From: Parcubacteria group bacterium
GTDB lineage: Bacteria; Patescibacteriota; Patescibacteriia; UBA9934; GWF2-40-263
DNA length: 64,000 bases
Direction: 5' to 3'
NCBI GenBank assembly: GCA_013204395.1
Contig: JABMNZ010000003.1
Span: forward strand, 13,570-77,569
Positions 36,375-45,935 of the stretch are shown piece after piece. The position numbers and the translations under genes are program-made. Numbering within the stretch: position 1 is the stretch's first letter; every line of letters begins with the position of its first letter. The notes beneath the pieces were generated by a model. It ran no database searches. It was not told the DNA's origin and was given only the letters and a program-made list of their open reading frames with translations.

Positions 36375-37760
36375 CTACAGAGGAGCACAAGCCTTGCGCA
36401 ACTCTGCGTCCACACTCTTGAGATCGGGCCCACCGTCTGTGAGCTGGCGCATGAGGTGAACGTTTGCCAGGTGTACGTGCGGGAACACACTGGCACGAAC
36501 CTGGCGACTGAACCCGTAGTCTAGCAACTGGCCCGTCATCGGATCTGGACGAGTAAGTCGTCGGTGTATGGACTTGAGCTCGTCGTCCCAAGCTCTACAG
36601 CAAGAGTCTGAGACGGTTTGGCTTCGGTCCATGAGAATCGCCGTCTGCAACAAGAGCTCCTCAAGCTGCCAGTGGAGTTCCCGAAGCTTCATGCTGTGAT
36701 AGACACGAATGAGCACGTCCCGCGCGCGCAACATCACGGCAGCGGCGGCATCAGGAATTTCGCTTCGTGCCACTTTGGCAGCCTCAGCCATGATGGCGGC
36801 AACCTCACGAAGGTCACGCACGGTGTGCTTGATGGAACGATCAAACGGCTTGGTGACGACGGCTTCGAGCTTTGTCGCCACCGCTCCCAGACGTCCCGCT
36901 TCCTTGATGACCGTCCCGGTAGAACGTTCTTCAGAGGAACCTGCTCGCCTTGCATCAAACGGCAGAAGTCGATCGTCACCAAACAGTTTCCTGGACTGCA
37001 GGCGATGCAACTGGGAGTCAGCGATCTGGCGACACATCAACCGATGACGATCGATGTAGACCTCCAGGACCGCCTCACGAAAACTCATTCTTCGTGAAAT
37101 GCCGCGCACCCCCTGAATCCGCTTGGCGAGCTGAGTTTGCCCCGCGAAGATGATCAGTGGGATACGACCAGGATTGAACCTCCCGATCGAGTCTTTCAGC
37201 TCTCCGGCCTGAAGCACGCGGCGCAGAGCCTCTACCTTACGTTCGTCAATGACACGACCATGCCTGTCCAGCAGAGCGGCCGCAACCAGGACGTACTCCT
37301 GTTTTTCACCCTCACCAACCAGGTGAAGGGTCCATGATGTCTTGACCATCCAGTTGAAGGTGTCGTCCCAGGTACGAAGATCGGGAATCTCGATGCTCTT
37401 GCCGCGCACCTCAGCGTGGGCCATCCCTCGTCGAGCCGTGTAGACGGTCTTGTACGAGATGAAACACTGTTGCCCATATTCCAGAGGATCCTCGCCATTG
37501 AGGCGCTCTGAGACACTCAGGTTTCTGGACAAGATACGACCTGGGGCAAGCTCCGGAACATCCGCAAGAACGTCGGTGCCGCGAGCCGGTACCATGTAAA
37601 GACAGTGTGGAACCAGCTCAATGAGAGCAAAGTTCAAGACATTGAGGGGAGACTGTTTGCCCTCACCCTTTCTCCTAGTACGCAGAAGCCTGAAGTCACG
37701 AGTAATGACAACGGGCTCCATCGGATCCGGCATTTCAAACCGGCCTGTGGAATGAGCCAC
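36375..37760 (-). CDS. GC-rich hypothetical protein
   Basis: 461 aa, Arg/Leu-rich and predicted cytoplasmic. Codon usage is distinct from flanking genes. No family recognised. Its upstream region contains repeat copy E. Confidence 0.45.
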   Translation of the reverse strand: MAHSTGRFEMPDPMEPVVITRDFRLLRTRRKGEGKQSPLNVLNFALIELVPHCLYMVPARGTDVLADVPELAPGRILSRNLSVSERLNGEDPLEYGQQCFISYKTVYTARRGMAHAEVRGKSIEIPDLRTWDDTFNWMVKTSWTLHLVGEGEKQEYVLVAAALLDRHGRVIDERKVEALRRVLQAGELKDSIGRFNPGRIPLIIFAGQTQLAKRIQGVRGISRRMSFREAVLEVYIDRHRLMCRQIADSQLHRLQSRKLFGDDRLLPFDARRAGSSEERSTGTVIKEAGRLGAVATKLEAVVTKPFDRSIKHTVRDLREVAAIMAEAAKVARSEIPDAAAAVMLRARDVLIRVYHSMKLRELHWQLEELLLQTAILMDRSQTVSDSCCRAWDDELKSIHRRLTRPDPMTGQLLDYGFSRQVRASVFPHVHLANVHLMRQLTDGGPDLKSVDAELRKACAPL

Positions 37761-37927
37761 GATTCAGACCTCCTTTTCCAGTGCTTTTTCTCAATGAATC
37801 AGCCCTGCAAGATAATCAAATCCAACCACCTTGTCAACACTAATTTCCCCAAAAACAAAACAAAGGTCTCGACGACCTTTGTTTTGTTAACCCCCCCTCT
37901 CCACACCACCAGTCGTGGGTAAACCAC

Positions 37928-38006
37928 CGCGAACGAGCGTTGGGACAACTTTGAGTCGGCAATATGCGACCGATCTCACAAGTTTGTACCAGTGATCGGT
38001 TCGCCG
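37928..38006. repeat. Palindromic MITE/REP-like element, copy E
   Basis: cgcgaacgagcgttGGGACAACTTTGAGTCGGCAATATGCGACCGATCTCACAAGTTTGTACCagtgatcggttcgccg. Confidence 0.8.
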
Positions 38007-38056
38007 CTCACAAACAAACCCACCCCTTCGACTCCGCTCAGGGAGTAATCAATAGT

Positions 38057-39076
38057 TTATTTCAAATACTTATACTTGTTCGCAATATGCTGATCAAAAC
38101 TAGCCGCATAAATCACCTCCCCTTCTGGTGTCGTTAAAAAATACAAATACTCAGAATCCACAGGATCCAACACGGCAGCAATAGAGTTCATCCCAGGGTT
38201 ACTAATCGGCCCAGGTGGCAACCCAAGATTCTTGTACGTATTATATGGCGAGTTGATTCTCGAATCTTCCAAAGAGACTCCTGGATCGCTCTTGCCGGTA
38301 ATGTAATTCACGGTTGAATCTGCCTGCAGAGCCATTCCTATCTGTAATCTTGTGAAAAAGATTCCAGCAACAATTTTCATATCTTCAACTGACTGAACCT
38401 CTCGCTCAACTATGGATGCCAGTGTCATGACCTCGTGCACAGTCAGTCCGTTATTAAAAACCAAAGAGTCTGGAATCACTATTTCGCTTTCCGCCATTCG
38501 CCTCTTAAGTGTCAGCACCATGGTGTCTACAATCGTTTGTGCACTCACGTCTTCTCGGAAACGATAAGTGTCTGGAAAAAGATAACCTTCAAGACCCTGC
38601 CCCTGTGGAATGCCAGCCAGAATATTTGACGCTGTCACCATCCATTTCCCAGCCTCTCCAGAAACTTCATTCCAATCGTCTTCACTCACACTCTCAAAAG
38701 CATCGACAACAACCGCGCCCATCTGCGAACTGGTGAAGCCCTCAGGAAAAGTCACCTCGACTTCAGAAGCCTCAGCATAAGCAAGCTCAGAAACAATACT
38801 TCTGATACTAGAACCTGGTGTGATCTCAAAACTTCCCGCCTGGAGGATAACGTCATTTAACCTGACATACACCTTGAAAAAAAATGGACTTGTAATCATT
38901 TCAGCATCACTGAGGGCTTTGGCTATCGCCTCAACTGATGCACCTTGCTCTACATCAAAAGCTACTGACTCAGCGGCATCTGATGGACCAATGAGATACG
39001 CGTCATAGGCATAGGACCCGGCTAGAATAGTTCCAACGACGACCGCGATGCCAAAGAAAAGAAGAATTGCTCTCAT
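38057..39076 (-). CDS. mltG: Endolytic murein transglycosylase MltG (YceG-like)
   Basis: N-terminal TM segment, then the YceG domain (ILAGIPQGQGLEGYLFPDTY...ASIVEREV...GLPPGPISNPG). The start was trimmed to MRAILLFF. A bidirectional terminator lies at about 37850-37885. Confidence 0.8.
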   Translation of the reverse strand: MRAILLFFGIAVVVGTILAGSYAYDAYLIGPSDAAESVAFDVEQGASVEAIAKALSDAEMITSPFFFKVYVRLNDVILQAGSFEITPGSSIRSIVSELAYAEASEVEVTFPEGFTSSQMGAVVVDAFESVSEDDWNEVSGEAGKWMVTASNILAGIPQGQGLEGYLFPDTYRFREDVSAQTIVDTMVLTLKRRMAESEIVIPDSLVFNNGLTVHEVMTLASIVEREVQSVEDMKIVAGIFFTRLQIGMALQADSTVNYITGKSDPGVSLEDSRINSPYNTYKNLGLPPGPISNPGMNSIAAVLDPVDSEYLYFLTTPEGEVIYAASFDQHIANKYKYLK

Positions 39077-39080
39077 AGTA

Positions 39081-39566
39081 TTACGCTCCGTGGCAATCAA
39101 TGTATTTTTTATCTGCGCCGCAAAAACACTCTCGATCAGCACGATCCTCAGCAGTAAGCCAAGAGCTCGACTGAACCTTACCTCCTTGCCCTATATTGAA
39201 AACCGTTTCAATCCCAAGCTCTTTTGCTAGTACTGCCTCTGGAATATTATCTGCAAATCGATCCCCGCCATTTGCAAACACATGTGGTTGGATCTCTCGT
39301 AAAGCCTCGCAAACACTCATGTCCTCACAATCTACTTCGTGAGATGTAAGCAAGACTCGTGTTACACCTGCCATGGCTTCAATAATTTCCTTTCGCTGAT
39401 CCTGTGGCATAAACACGTAACCTTTTTTCTTTGTAAGCCAGTTATCGTTGTTAATAACAACCACCAGCTCATCCCCTAAAGCGGCAGCTTCTTGAATCAT
39501 CCGAACATGGCCAACATGAATCGGATCAAACCCCCCTGAGACTGTTACGATAATTTTATCGGACAT
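39081..39566 (-). CDS. Cytidylyltransferase-like nucleotidyltransferase (HxGH family)
   Basis: VSGGFDPIHVGHVRMIQEAA...VVVINNDNW is the HxGH motif of the TagD/FAD-synthetase-like fold. It is 161 aa. Confidence 0.65.
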   Translation of the reverse strand: MSDKIIVTVSGGFDPIHVGHVRMIQEAAALGDELVVVINNDNWLTKKKGYVFMPQDQRKEIIEAMAGVTRVLLTSHEVDCEDMSVCEALREIQPHVFANGGDRFADNIPEAVLAKELGIETVFNIGQGGKVQSSSWLTAEDRADRECFCGADKKYIDCHGA

Positions 39567-39580
39567 AACTCATCGAAGAA

Positions 39581-40126
39581 CTAAATAAACAAGTGATCAA
39601 AGCGCGTAAGAGTGACTAGATACATAATGATAGGAAATAACTTTCCACCTAGCAAGCCCACCAAAGCACCAGCAACAACATCAGAGAAATAATGGACTCC
39701 GACAGCGACTCTGCCCAAGGCTACTAGTACTGCAGCTACCAATACACATACGAACAAATCAGAATTTATTGACATAAAAGCTAGAGCAAACACGAACGTA
39801 GCATGTGATGATGGAAACGAGTGTGTCTCAATAAAAGGTTTAATGATCGGCTCGTACTTTTGTTTTGTATATGGCCTTGGTCTTTTAACAATGCGGGAAA
39901 TAACAGATGTAATAACCCAAGGCACGAACAGCCCAAGCCACAACATCAAAGCCACCAAAAGAAACCGCGACGCTGTATGTGGCACACCCCATAAAGCAAC
40001 TCCATATACCACACCGATCATCAACCAAATCAAATCATCAGCACAAAAGACAGCCAAGTGACGTAAGAGCCATGACTTCTTTGTAGCCTCATGTACTGAT
40101 CGAGAAAGTCGTGTGTCTAAATTCAT
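39581..40126 (-). CDS. PAP2-family phosphatase (undecaprenyl-pyrophosphate phosphatase-like)
   Basis: KRPRP...SFPSSHA...GVHYFSDV are the three PAP2 motifs. It is polytopic. Confidence 0.8.
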   Translation of the reverse strand: MNLDTRLSRSVHEATKKSWLLRHLAVFCADDLIWLMIGVVYGVALWGVPHTASRFLLVALMLWLGLFVPWVITSVISRIVKRPRPYTKQKYEPIIKPFIETHSFPSSHATFVFALAFMSINSDLFVCVLVAAVLVALGRVAVGVHYFSDVVAGALVGLLGGKLFPIIMYLVTLTRFDHLFI

Positions 40127-40830
40127 ACTGCCTTATCTCTTAATGTTTCGAGTTCCTCTTCTCTTCGTTTAATATCCTCGAGGATTGCCGCTGCGTCTTT
40201 GGGTGGAACTAGATTCTTATCTTTAAACGCGCACATATCAGCAACCGGACATGCCCAACAACGAGGCTTACTGATACACAGGTATCGTCCGTGCTTCACA
40301 AAGACATGGTTAACACTCTTCTTATTTTTGTCAGGAATGATTTTGAGCAAAGCCACTTCTGTCTTCTCTGGCGTCTTTGTCTTCACCCAACCGAGTCGAT
40401 TGGTTACACGATGTACATGTGTATCAACAGCTATGGCCGGTGTGTTGAACGATGCTACTAGCACAACAGAGGCTGTCTTGCGTCCCACGCCTGCCAAAGA
40501 TACAAGTTCGTCCATTGTCGACGGGACCCTCCCATCAAACATTTCAACAACCCTCATAGCCATCAATTTGAGATTCTTAGCCTTCTGTCGAAACATTCCA
40601 ATCGTGTTGATCTTTGATTCGATTTGTTTGACCGAAGCCTTAGCCAACTTCTCTGGTGTGGGAAACGCTCTAAAGAAACCTGGCATCAGCTTCAGCACCT
40701 GTTCATCTCTCGTACGAGCCGACAAAAGCACGCCAACTAGATTCTGATAAGGATTCCCAATCTCCATCGCCCCAGGGTTAGGCCAACGTTTCTTCAAAAC
40801 TTTCAATACTGGGATAATGTTTTTCTGCAT
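40123..40830 (-). CDS. nth: Endonuclease III
   Basis: HhH-GPD LVSLAGVGRKTASVVL, the catalytic VDTHVHRV, and a C-terminal 4Fe-4S cluster CISKPRCWACPVADMC. Confidence 0.9.
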   Translation of the reverse strand: MQKNIIPVLKVLKKRWPNPGAMEIGNPYQNLVGVLLSARTRDEQVLKLMPGFFRAFPTPEKLAKASVKQIESKINTIGMFRQKAKNLKLMAMRVVEMFDGRVPSTMDELVSLAGVGRKTASVVLVASFNTPAIAVDTHVHRVTNRLGWVKTKTPEKTEVALLKIIPDKNKKSVNHVFVKHGRYLCISKPRCWACPVADMCAFKDKNLVPPKDAAAILEDIKRREEELETLRDKAV

Positions 40831-40831
40831 G

Positions 40832-42421
40832 TCACATTAATGGTTGTCCTGTCATCTCTGGAGGCTGTGGAATCCCCATCGCCGCAAGAATTGTTGGTGC
40901 TACGTCAGCGAGCATCCCCACTGGAGGCATCAGCGATGGATCTCCCTCAGGAACCTCACCAGCGATAGATGGATGGCCTTCAAGTTGATTAGAAATGATT
41001 AAAAATGGAACTGGGTTTGTTGCGTGTTCTTTATTTATGTCTCCGGTACGCAGGTTTTTAAGTTCCTCAGCATTTCCGTGATCAGATGTGATGAACACCT
41101 GTCCGTCGCGAACAAGTGTTTCCTCAACAATTTTGCCAATAGCTGAGTCAACGGTCGACACAGCTTTTTTTGCTGCTTCGAAATCACCGGTGTGACCCAC
41201 CATATCTGGGTTAGCAAAGTTCATGACAATAAAATCATACTTGTTCTCACGCATTTCCTGAATCACCCTTTCAACAATCAGCTTCGCACTCATTTCTGGC
41301 GCCTCGTTGTATGAAGCAACCTTTGGAGATGGAATGATCACTCGCTCTTCGCCAGGAAAAGGATCTTCCTTGGTTCCATTTAAAAAGAAAGTAACGTGAG
41401 CATATTTTTCTGTTTCAGCAATATGAAGCTGCGTAAGACCTGCATCTGAGATAACTTCTGCCAAACACTTTTCAATTACCACTGGAGGAAAGGCAATTTC
41501 AACTGGCAATCCCTTTTCATAATCTGCCATGGTCACGGGGAACATGTTCTCAACTTTCTTCCGCTCAAAATTATCGAACTCTGGCATAACAAATGCCTTT
41601 GTAAGCTCACGCATTCTATCTGGTCTGAAGTTAAAAAAGATCACTGCATCATTGTCCTTAACATTTCCCACTGGCTTGTCACCATCCATAATGACAGTTG
41701 GTACAAACTCTTCGTCGTACACTTCTTTTTGATACGAAGCCTTAATTGCCTCAAGCGGATCGGTTGCCTGCTCCCCTTGGCCTAACACCATTGCGTTGTA
41801 AGCCTTCTCAACTCTATCCCATCGGTTATCTCGATCCATGGCAAAAAATCGCCCACTCAAAGAAGCGACCTTACCAATCCCAATTTCAGACATTTTAGTT
41901 TTCAATGTTGTGAAAAAATCTATACCAACATTGTAGACAGTATCTCTCCCATCCAAAATTCCATGAACGAACACTTCCTTTACCCCCTGGTCCTTAGCCA
42001 GCTGAAGCAACGCCTGGCAATGCAGATCAACTGAGTGCACACCACCGGCACTGACCATTCCTATTAGATGCAGGCGACTATTGTTCGTCTTTGTGTGTTG
42101 TATGGCGTTTGTAAATGCCTGGTTTGTATTAAATTCCCCCTCGTCAATTGCATGATTAATTCTTGGAAAAATCTGATAGTAAACGCGCCCTGCCCCAATG
42201 GCCAAGTGTCCAACCTGCGAATTTCCCATTTCCCCCCAAGACAAACCAACTTCCTCCCCCGCCGCTCGCAGGGTCATGGTCGGATAAGTTCTAATAAACC
42301 GATCGTAGTTTGGTGTCGGGGCCCTAAAGATGGCATTTCCCTCACTATCTGGTGCTACACCGAATCCATCAATAACGATCAAGACGGTAGGTTTTTTGAT
42401 ATCAGGCATAAGTAAAATCAT
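40832..42421 (-). CDS. gpmI: 2,3-bisphosphoglycerate-independent phosphoglycerate mutase
   Basis: 529 aa. VLIVIDGFGV, the catalytic Ser region and SDHGNAEE metal-binding motifs are present. Confidence 0.9.
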   Translation of the reverse strand: MILLMPDIKKPTVLIVIDGFGVAPDSEGNAIFRAPTPNYDRFIRTYPTMTLRAAGEEVGLSWGEMGNSQVGHLAIGAGRVYYQIFPRINHAIDEGEFNTNQAFTNAIQHTKTNNSRLHLIGMVSAGGVHSVDLHCQALLQLAKDQGVKEVFVHGILDGRDTVYNVGIDFFTTLKTKMSEIGIGKVASLSGRFFAMDRDNRWDRVEKAYNAMVLGQGEQATDPLEAIKASYQKEVYDEEFVPTVIMDGDKPVGNVKDNDAVIFFNFRPDRMRELTKAFVMPEFDNFERKKVENMFPVTMADYEKGLPVEIAFPPVVIEKCLAEVISDAGLTQLHIAETEKYAHVTFFLNGTKEDPFPGEERVIIPSPKVASYNEAPEMSAKLIVERVIQEMRENKYDFIVMNFANPDMVGHTGDFEAAKKAVSTVDSAIGKIVEETLVRDGQVFITSDHGNAEELKNLRTGDINKEHATNPVPFLIISNQLEGHPSIAGEVPEGDPSLMPPVGMLADVAPTILAAMGIPQPPEMTGQPLM

Positions 42422-42526
42422 TATACGTTGATCGCCCGTGCTTTTGAAGGAGGTCTTGTATTTCGGTCAGTGTTTCATTGACAAACAAAAAAGGGGCACA
42501 TAAGGTTTGGTCGCCTCGGCAGAAAG

Positions 42527-42970
42527 GTGGTCAGTACAGTGAGTGACCTCTCAGTTTTTCTCCTCAACCGACTCAAGGAAGATGACCGTCCGCAGACCAT
42601 CACCATGGAAGCAACTGCGGGCGAGAACGATGGTGTTCGTATCAGACTCCCGAATGACGACGAGCTCATCGAAGTGAAAGCCAGAACTGCAACACTGGAC
42701 GGAAGATCCGGAAGGCTCCCTTGGTACATCCTGGCCGACACCTATCTCAGAATGACTGGTGCACGTGTCGCCATGGAGCTCGCCAGAGCACGATCTGTCC
42801 AGCCCCCAATGCCATCAACCACCAGATCTTGGATCTTGCAAGACGGAACCACCACGGACTACAAGACCCCCAGCACCCACGAATGGTTCGCTGCTGACCA
42901 GAAGGTCGATCCGCCACCCAAAGGTGCTGTTCTGCGAATCACCTTCTCGTATCCAGGATACGGCAAGTAA
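42527..42970 (+). CDS. GC-rich small hypothetical protein
   Basis: 147 aa. It is preceded by gtttcattgaca (42466) and ggcagaaagg, and followed by a terminator at about 42990-43020. Codon usage is distinct from its neighbours. Confidence 0.4.
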   Translation: MVSTVSDLSVFLLNRLKEDDRPQTITMEATAGENDGVRIRLPNDDELIEVKARTATLDGRSGRLPWYILADTYLRMTGARVAMELARARSVQPPMPSTTRSWILQDGTTTDYKTPSTHEWFAADQKVDPPPKGAVLRITFSYPGYGK

Positions 42971-42989
42971 GCCCCACGCGACCAAACGC

Positions 42990-43020
42990 CGCCCGTCTCA
43001 TCACTGAGCCGGGTTTTTTC
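42990..43020 (+). terminator. Rho-independent terminator
   Basis: GC-rich hairpin followed by gggttttttc. Confidence 0.6.
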
Positions 43021-43069
43021 TTTACTCACATACCACGGTCCTGCAGTGAGTTAAAATTAAGTAACACAT

Positions 43070-43102
43070 CAAAAAACCACCGAGAAAACTTGGTGGTTTT
43101 TG
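43070..43102. terminator. Bidirectional terminator
   Basis: aaaaaaccaccgag-aaaac-ttggtggttttt. Confidence 0.65.
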
Positions 43103-43211
43103 GCAGGGGCTCGTGAGTCATGTTCGAACTATTTGTATGGTGTAGAGGCGGGTCACCCCATCTCGGGGCTCGATATTTACTTGCACAGGCAAGAGTTAAT
43201 CGTACCCTTAG

Positions 43212-43646
43212 CTACTGAGTGTCTTTGGTGATCAAGGCCTGTCTCCGTTCCTCCAAAAGACGTATGTATTCTCTCCAAGTATCCAGTATGGAGGTTTTGA
43301 AGAATGGAGGTTTCGCACGACTTAACTCATCGCCGTATTCCTCTCGACCTTCTTCAATATATCCTTTATATTGCAAAATTTCCTGATCTATTTCTTCGAC
43401 AAAAAATGCTTGCAACTCTGCTTCCGGCAGGTCTTTGAAGATGACATCAAGCTTTCCATCGTCCCTCAGCCTGGACAGAAAGTAGTTCAGATTCGAAACC
43501 TCTGCTTCCACAGGTGTTTGAAAGGCATCATCTTGATCGCCCTCGAGTGTCTCGCCTTTCAAGAAATCCTCAACTATGCTTTTGCTTCGCCGGATGGATT
43601 CGATAGGGCCCGGCAGTGATTCCCCTTCTCCATTTGGTCCAATCAC
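43212..43646 (-). CDS. Acidic hypothetical protein
   Basis: 144 aa. No family recognised. Confidence 0.4.
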   Translation of the reverse strand: MIGPNGEGESLPGPIESIRRSKSIVEDFLKGETLEGDQDDAFQTPVEAEVSNLNYFLSRLRDDGKLDVIFKDLPEAELQAFFVEEIDQEILQYKGYIEEGREEYGDELSRAKPPFFKTSILDTWREYIRLLEERRQALITKDTQ

Positions 43647-43689
43647 TCTATATGACCAAGTTGACCATAGCTGCTAGTATATATCATAG

Positions 43690-43716
43690 TGTTGTTATTA
43701 ATGTGTTGTTATTAAC
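43690..43716. promoter_or_regulatory. Tandem direct repeat gtgttgttattaa x2 in a divergent promoter region
   Basis: tagtgttgttattaatgtgttgttattaactaac lies between divergent hypothetical genes. Confidence 0.4.
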
Positions 43717-43721
43717 TAACA

Positions 43722-44165
43722 GTGTTTATGGACGTAAGAAAACACAGAGGGAGCAGCTTTGAGCGCCCCGATGAGAAGAAAGGCAAACTCAAGGAGGCTG
43801 TGACTATGACCCCTGATAAATTAGTAGGCGTAAAGGAGATTCTTCATCAGACCTTTACGCTTGACGGAAGCCGCGCTGTGGCCTTAGCTCTTAGAAACAG
43901 CATGTCGGGAGATGAGAATAATGAATTTAGTATTCGCTTCCAGGAAGCTGAGCTTGGCCCTGACGGAGAGATACAAACAGATCACAACGGAGCTGATCTC
44001 CGTGGGGATAAGCGTATGGCTGATATGATATATGCTGTTGCCCAGGATCGTTTCGGTAGTTTTCCAGACGTAAAAACGGCGAGCGAGTTCATTACAGCAT
44101 TTCAGATTGATTTGGAGACAGCACTTGGAGCAGTTGATGGTGGTCAGGGTGAGGAGACAAGCTAA
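43722..44165 (+). CDS. Hypothetical protein
   Basis: 147 aa. No family recognised. Confidence 0.4.
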   Translation: MFMDVRKHRGSSFERPDEKKGKLKEAVTMTPDKLVGVKEILHQTFTLDGSRAVALALRNSMSGDENNEFSIRFQEAELGPDGEIQTDHNGADLRGDKRMADMIYAVAQDRFGSFPDVKTASEFITAFQIDLETALGAVDGGQGEETS

Positions 44166-44311
44166 CCCCCAGAGCACAGGATCATTCAGAGCCTCGATCG
44201 AGGGGTCGTTAAGGGTGTGCAGTAGTCATTCTTGTGCGGGCAGCCTTCTTTGTCTAAACAAAAACCTCCACGACAATCGCGAAGGAAATTCGGCGGGGCT
44301 CGTGAGGTGGA

Positions 44312-44650
44312 CTAGAACTCTGCATCTAGTCTTATCCTCTTCTTTGATAATGCCCCCTCAAAAAGTCGATAACTTTTTCTTTTTTCCGGCTTGTACATAG
44401 CTGGCATCCCGATAAGCCTGCCACATTTTTTACAATCGAGAACCATTATGTCTTTTAGTGGGCGCGCCTGTAGTCCAACGTATTTTTTCGGTGCATGAAT
44501 TCGATCTAGATAAAGACGCAGTAAAGGCCCTGGACCATCTTTTTGATAATGAAAAAACTTCGTTCCGCATTTGGAACACGACAGTTCAAACATCTGGGCA
44601 CCACCACCACGATCTTCTCTTTTCTTATCTGACTTGAATTGCATATTCAT
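44312..44650 (-). CDS. Zinc-ribbon hypothetical protein
   Basis: Two CxxC pairs (CSKCGTKFF...CKKCGRLIG), with basic N- and C-termini. Confidence 0.45.
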   Translation of the reverse strand: MNMQFKSDKKREDRGGGAQMFELSCSKCGTKFFHYQKDGPGPLLRLYLDRIHAPKKYVGLQARPLKDIMVLDCKKCGRLIGMPAMYKPEKRKSYRLFEGALSKKRIRLDAEF

Positions 44651-44675
44651 AAGAACACCATCAATGTTACCGAGT

Positions 44676-45935
44676 CTATCTCACCGCAAGCTCCTCCTCG
44701 ATTTCCATTAACCTATTATATTTTGCCAAACGTTCTGAGCGAGATAACGATCCTGTTTTTATGAAGTCTGCGTTCACTGCCACGGCCAAGTCGGCAATGG
44801 TTGTGTCAGCAGTCTCTCCAGAGCGATGAGACACGCTGATCTTATAGTTGTATTGCTTGGCGAGCATGATGGCATCCACTGCTTCTGAAAGTGAGCCAAT
44901 CTGGTTTACTTTAATCAAGATGGCATTCGCAGCTTTAAGCTCGATGGATTTTCGCAATCGCTCCACATTAGTCACGAGGAAATCATCTCCAACCAAAGCA
45001 ACTTTTTTTCCAAGACGTTTGTTGAGCTCAATCCAACCATCCCAATCGTCTTGATCCAGACCATCCTCAAGAGAAATGATCGGGTACTTGGCAATCCACT
45101 TCTCCCACATGGCTATCATCTGAGTGCTCGTAAGATTCTTTCCATCCACTTTCAACTCGTACTTCTTTGTCTTGCTGTTATAGATCTCACTGACAGCTGG
45201 ATCCATAGCAAGGTGCACATCCTTCCCCGCTTTGTACCCTGCCTTTTTAATAGCTAGCATAATCAGTTTAAAAGCATCTTCATTTTTCTTGAGAGGAACG
45301 GCATACCCACCTTCATCCCCCTTAAGGGTAGAGAATCCTCTGCTGGCAAGAATATCTCCCAGAGCATGGAAAACTTCTGAACCGCATCGCACGCGCTCTT
45401 TAAACTTGCTTTGACGCGGGACAATCATGAATTCCTGAAAGTCTAAAATCCATCCGGCATGCGCTCCCCCGTTGAGAACATTCATGGTTGGAATGGGTAG
45501 CTTAAAGGTAGTGAGTGGGATATCGAATGTATGACGAAGATATGCATACAGTGGCATCTTCTTCACCTTGGCAGCTGCATGTGCACACGCAAGACTCACA
45601 CCCAAAATGGCATTTGCACCAAGGTTTGATTTGTTTGATGTGCCATCAAGTTCAATCATTGCAGCGTCAATATCACGCTGACGAGTCACGTTCATACCAG
45701 CAAGCACTGGTGCGATCTTTTTATGAACATTAGCAACGGCCTTGAGCACCCCATTTCCTCGATAGCGCTTCTTGTCTCCATCACGCAACTCCAAAGCTTC
45801 ATGTATGCCTGTTGATGCGCCAGATGGAACACTGGCAGATCCAGATAGACCGTTTTTTAAAAGAACGGTTACGTTCAGAGTCGGAGTTCCTCTTGAATCG
45901 AGAATCTCGTGTGCGTGGATGGATTCAATGTTCAT
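44676..45935 (-). CDS. eno: Enolase
   Basis: ILDSRGTPTLNV, SGASTGIHEALELRDGD and VSHRSGETADTTIADLAV signatures. It overlaps pgk by 4 bp. Confidence 0.95.
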   Translation of the reverse strand: MNIESIHAHEILDSRGTPTLNVTVLLKNGLSGSASVPSGASTGIHEALELRDGDKKRYRGNGVLKAVANVHKKIAPVLAGMNVTRQRDIDAAMIELDGTSNKSNLGANAILGVSLACAHAAAKVKKMPLYAYLRHTFDIPLTTFKLPIPTMNVLNGGAHAGWILDFQEFMIVPRQSKFKERVRCGSEVFHALGDILASRGFSTLKGDEGGYAVPLKKNEDAFKLIMLAIKKAGYKAGKDVHLAMDPAVSEIYNSKTKKYELKVDGKNLTSTQMIAMWEKWIAKYPIISLEDGLDQDDWDGWIELNKRLGKKVALVGDDFLVTNVERLRKSIELKAANAILIKVNQIGSLSEAVDAIMLAKQYNYKISVSHRSGETADTTIADLAVAVNADFIKTGSLSRSERLAKYNRLMEIEEELAVR

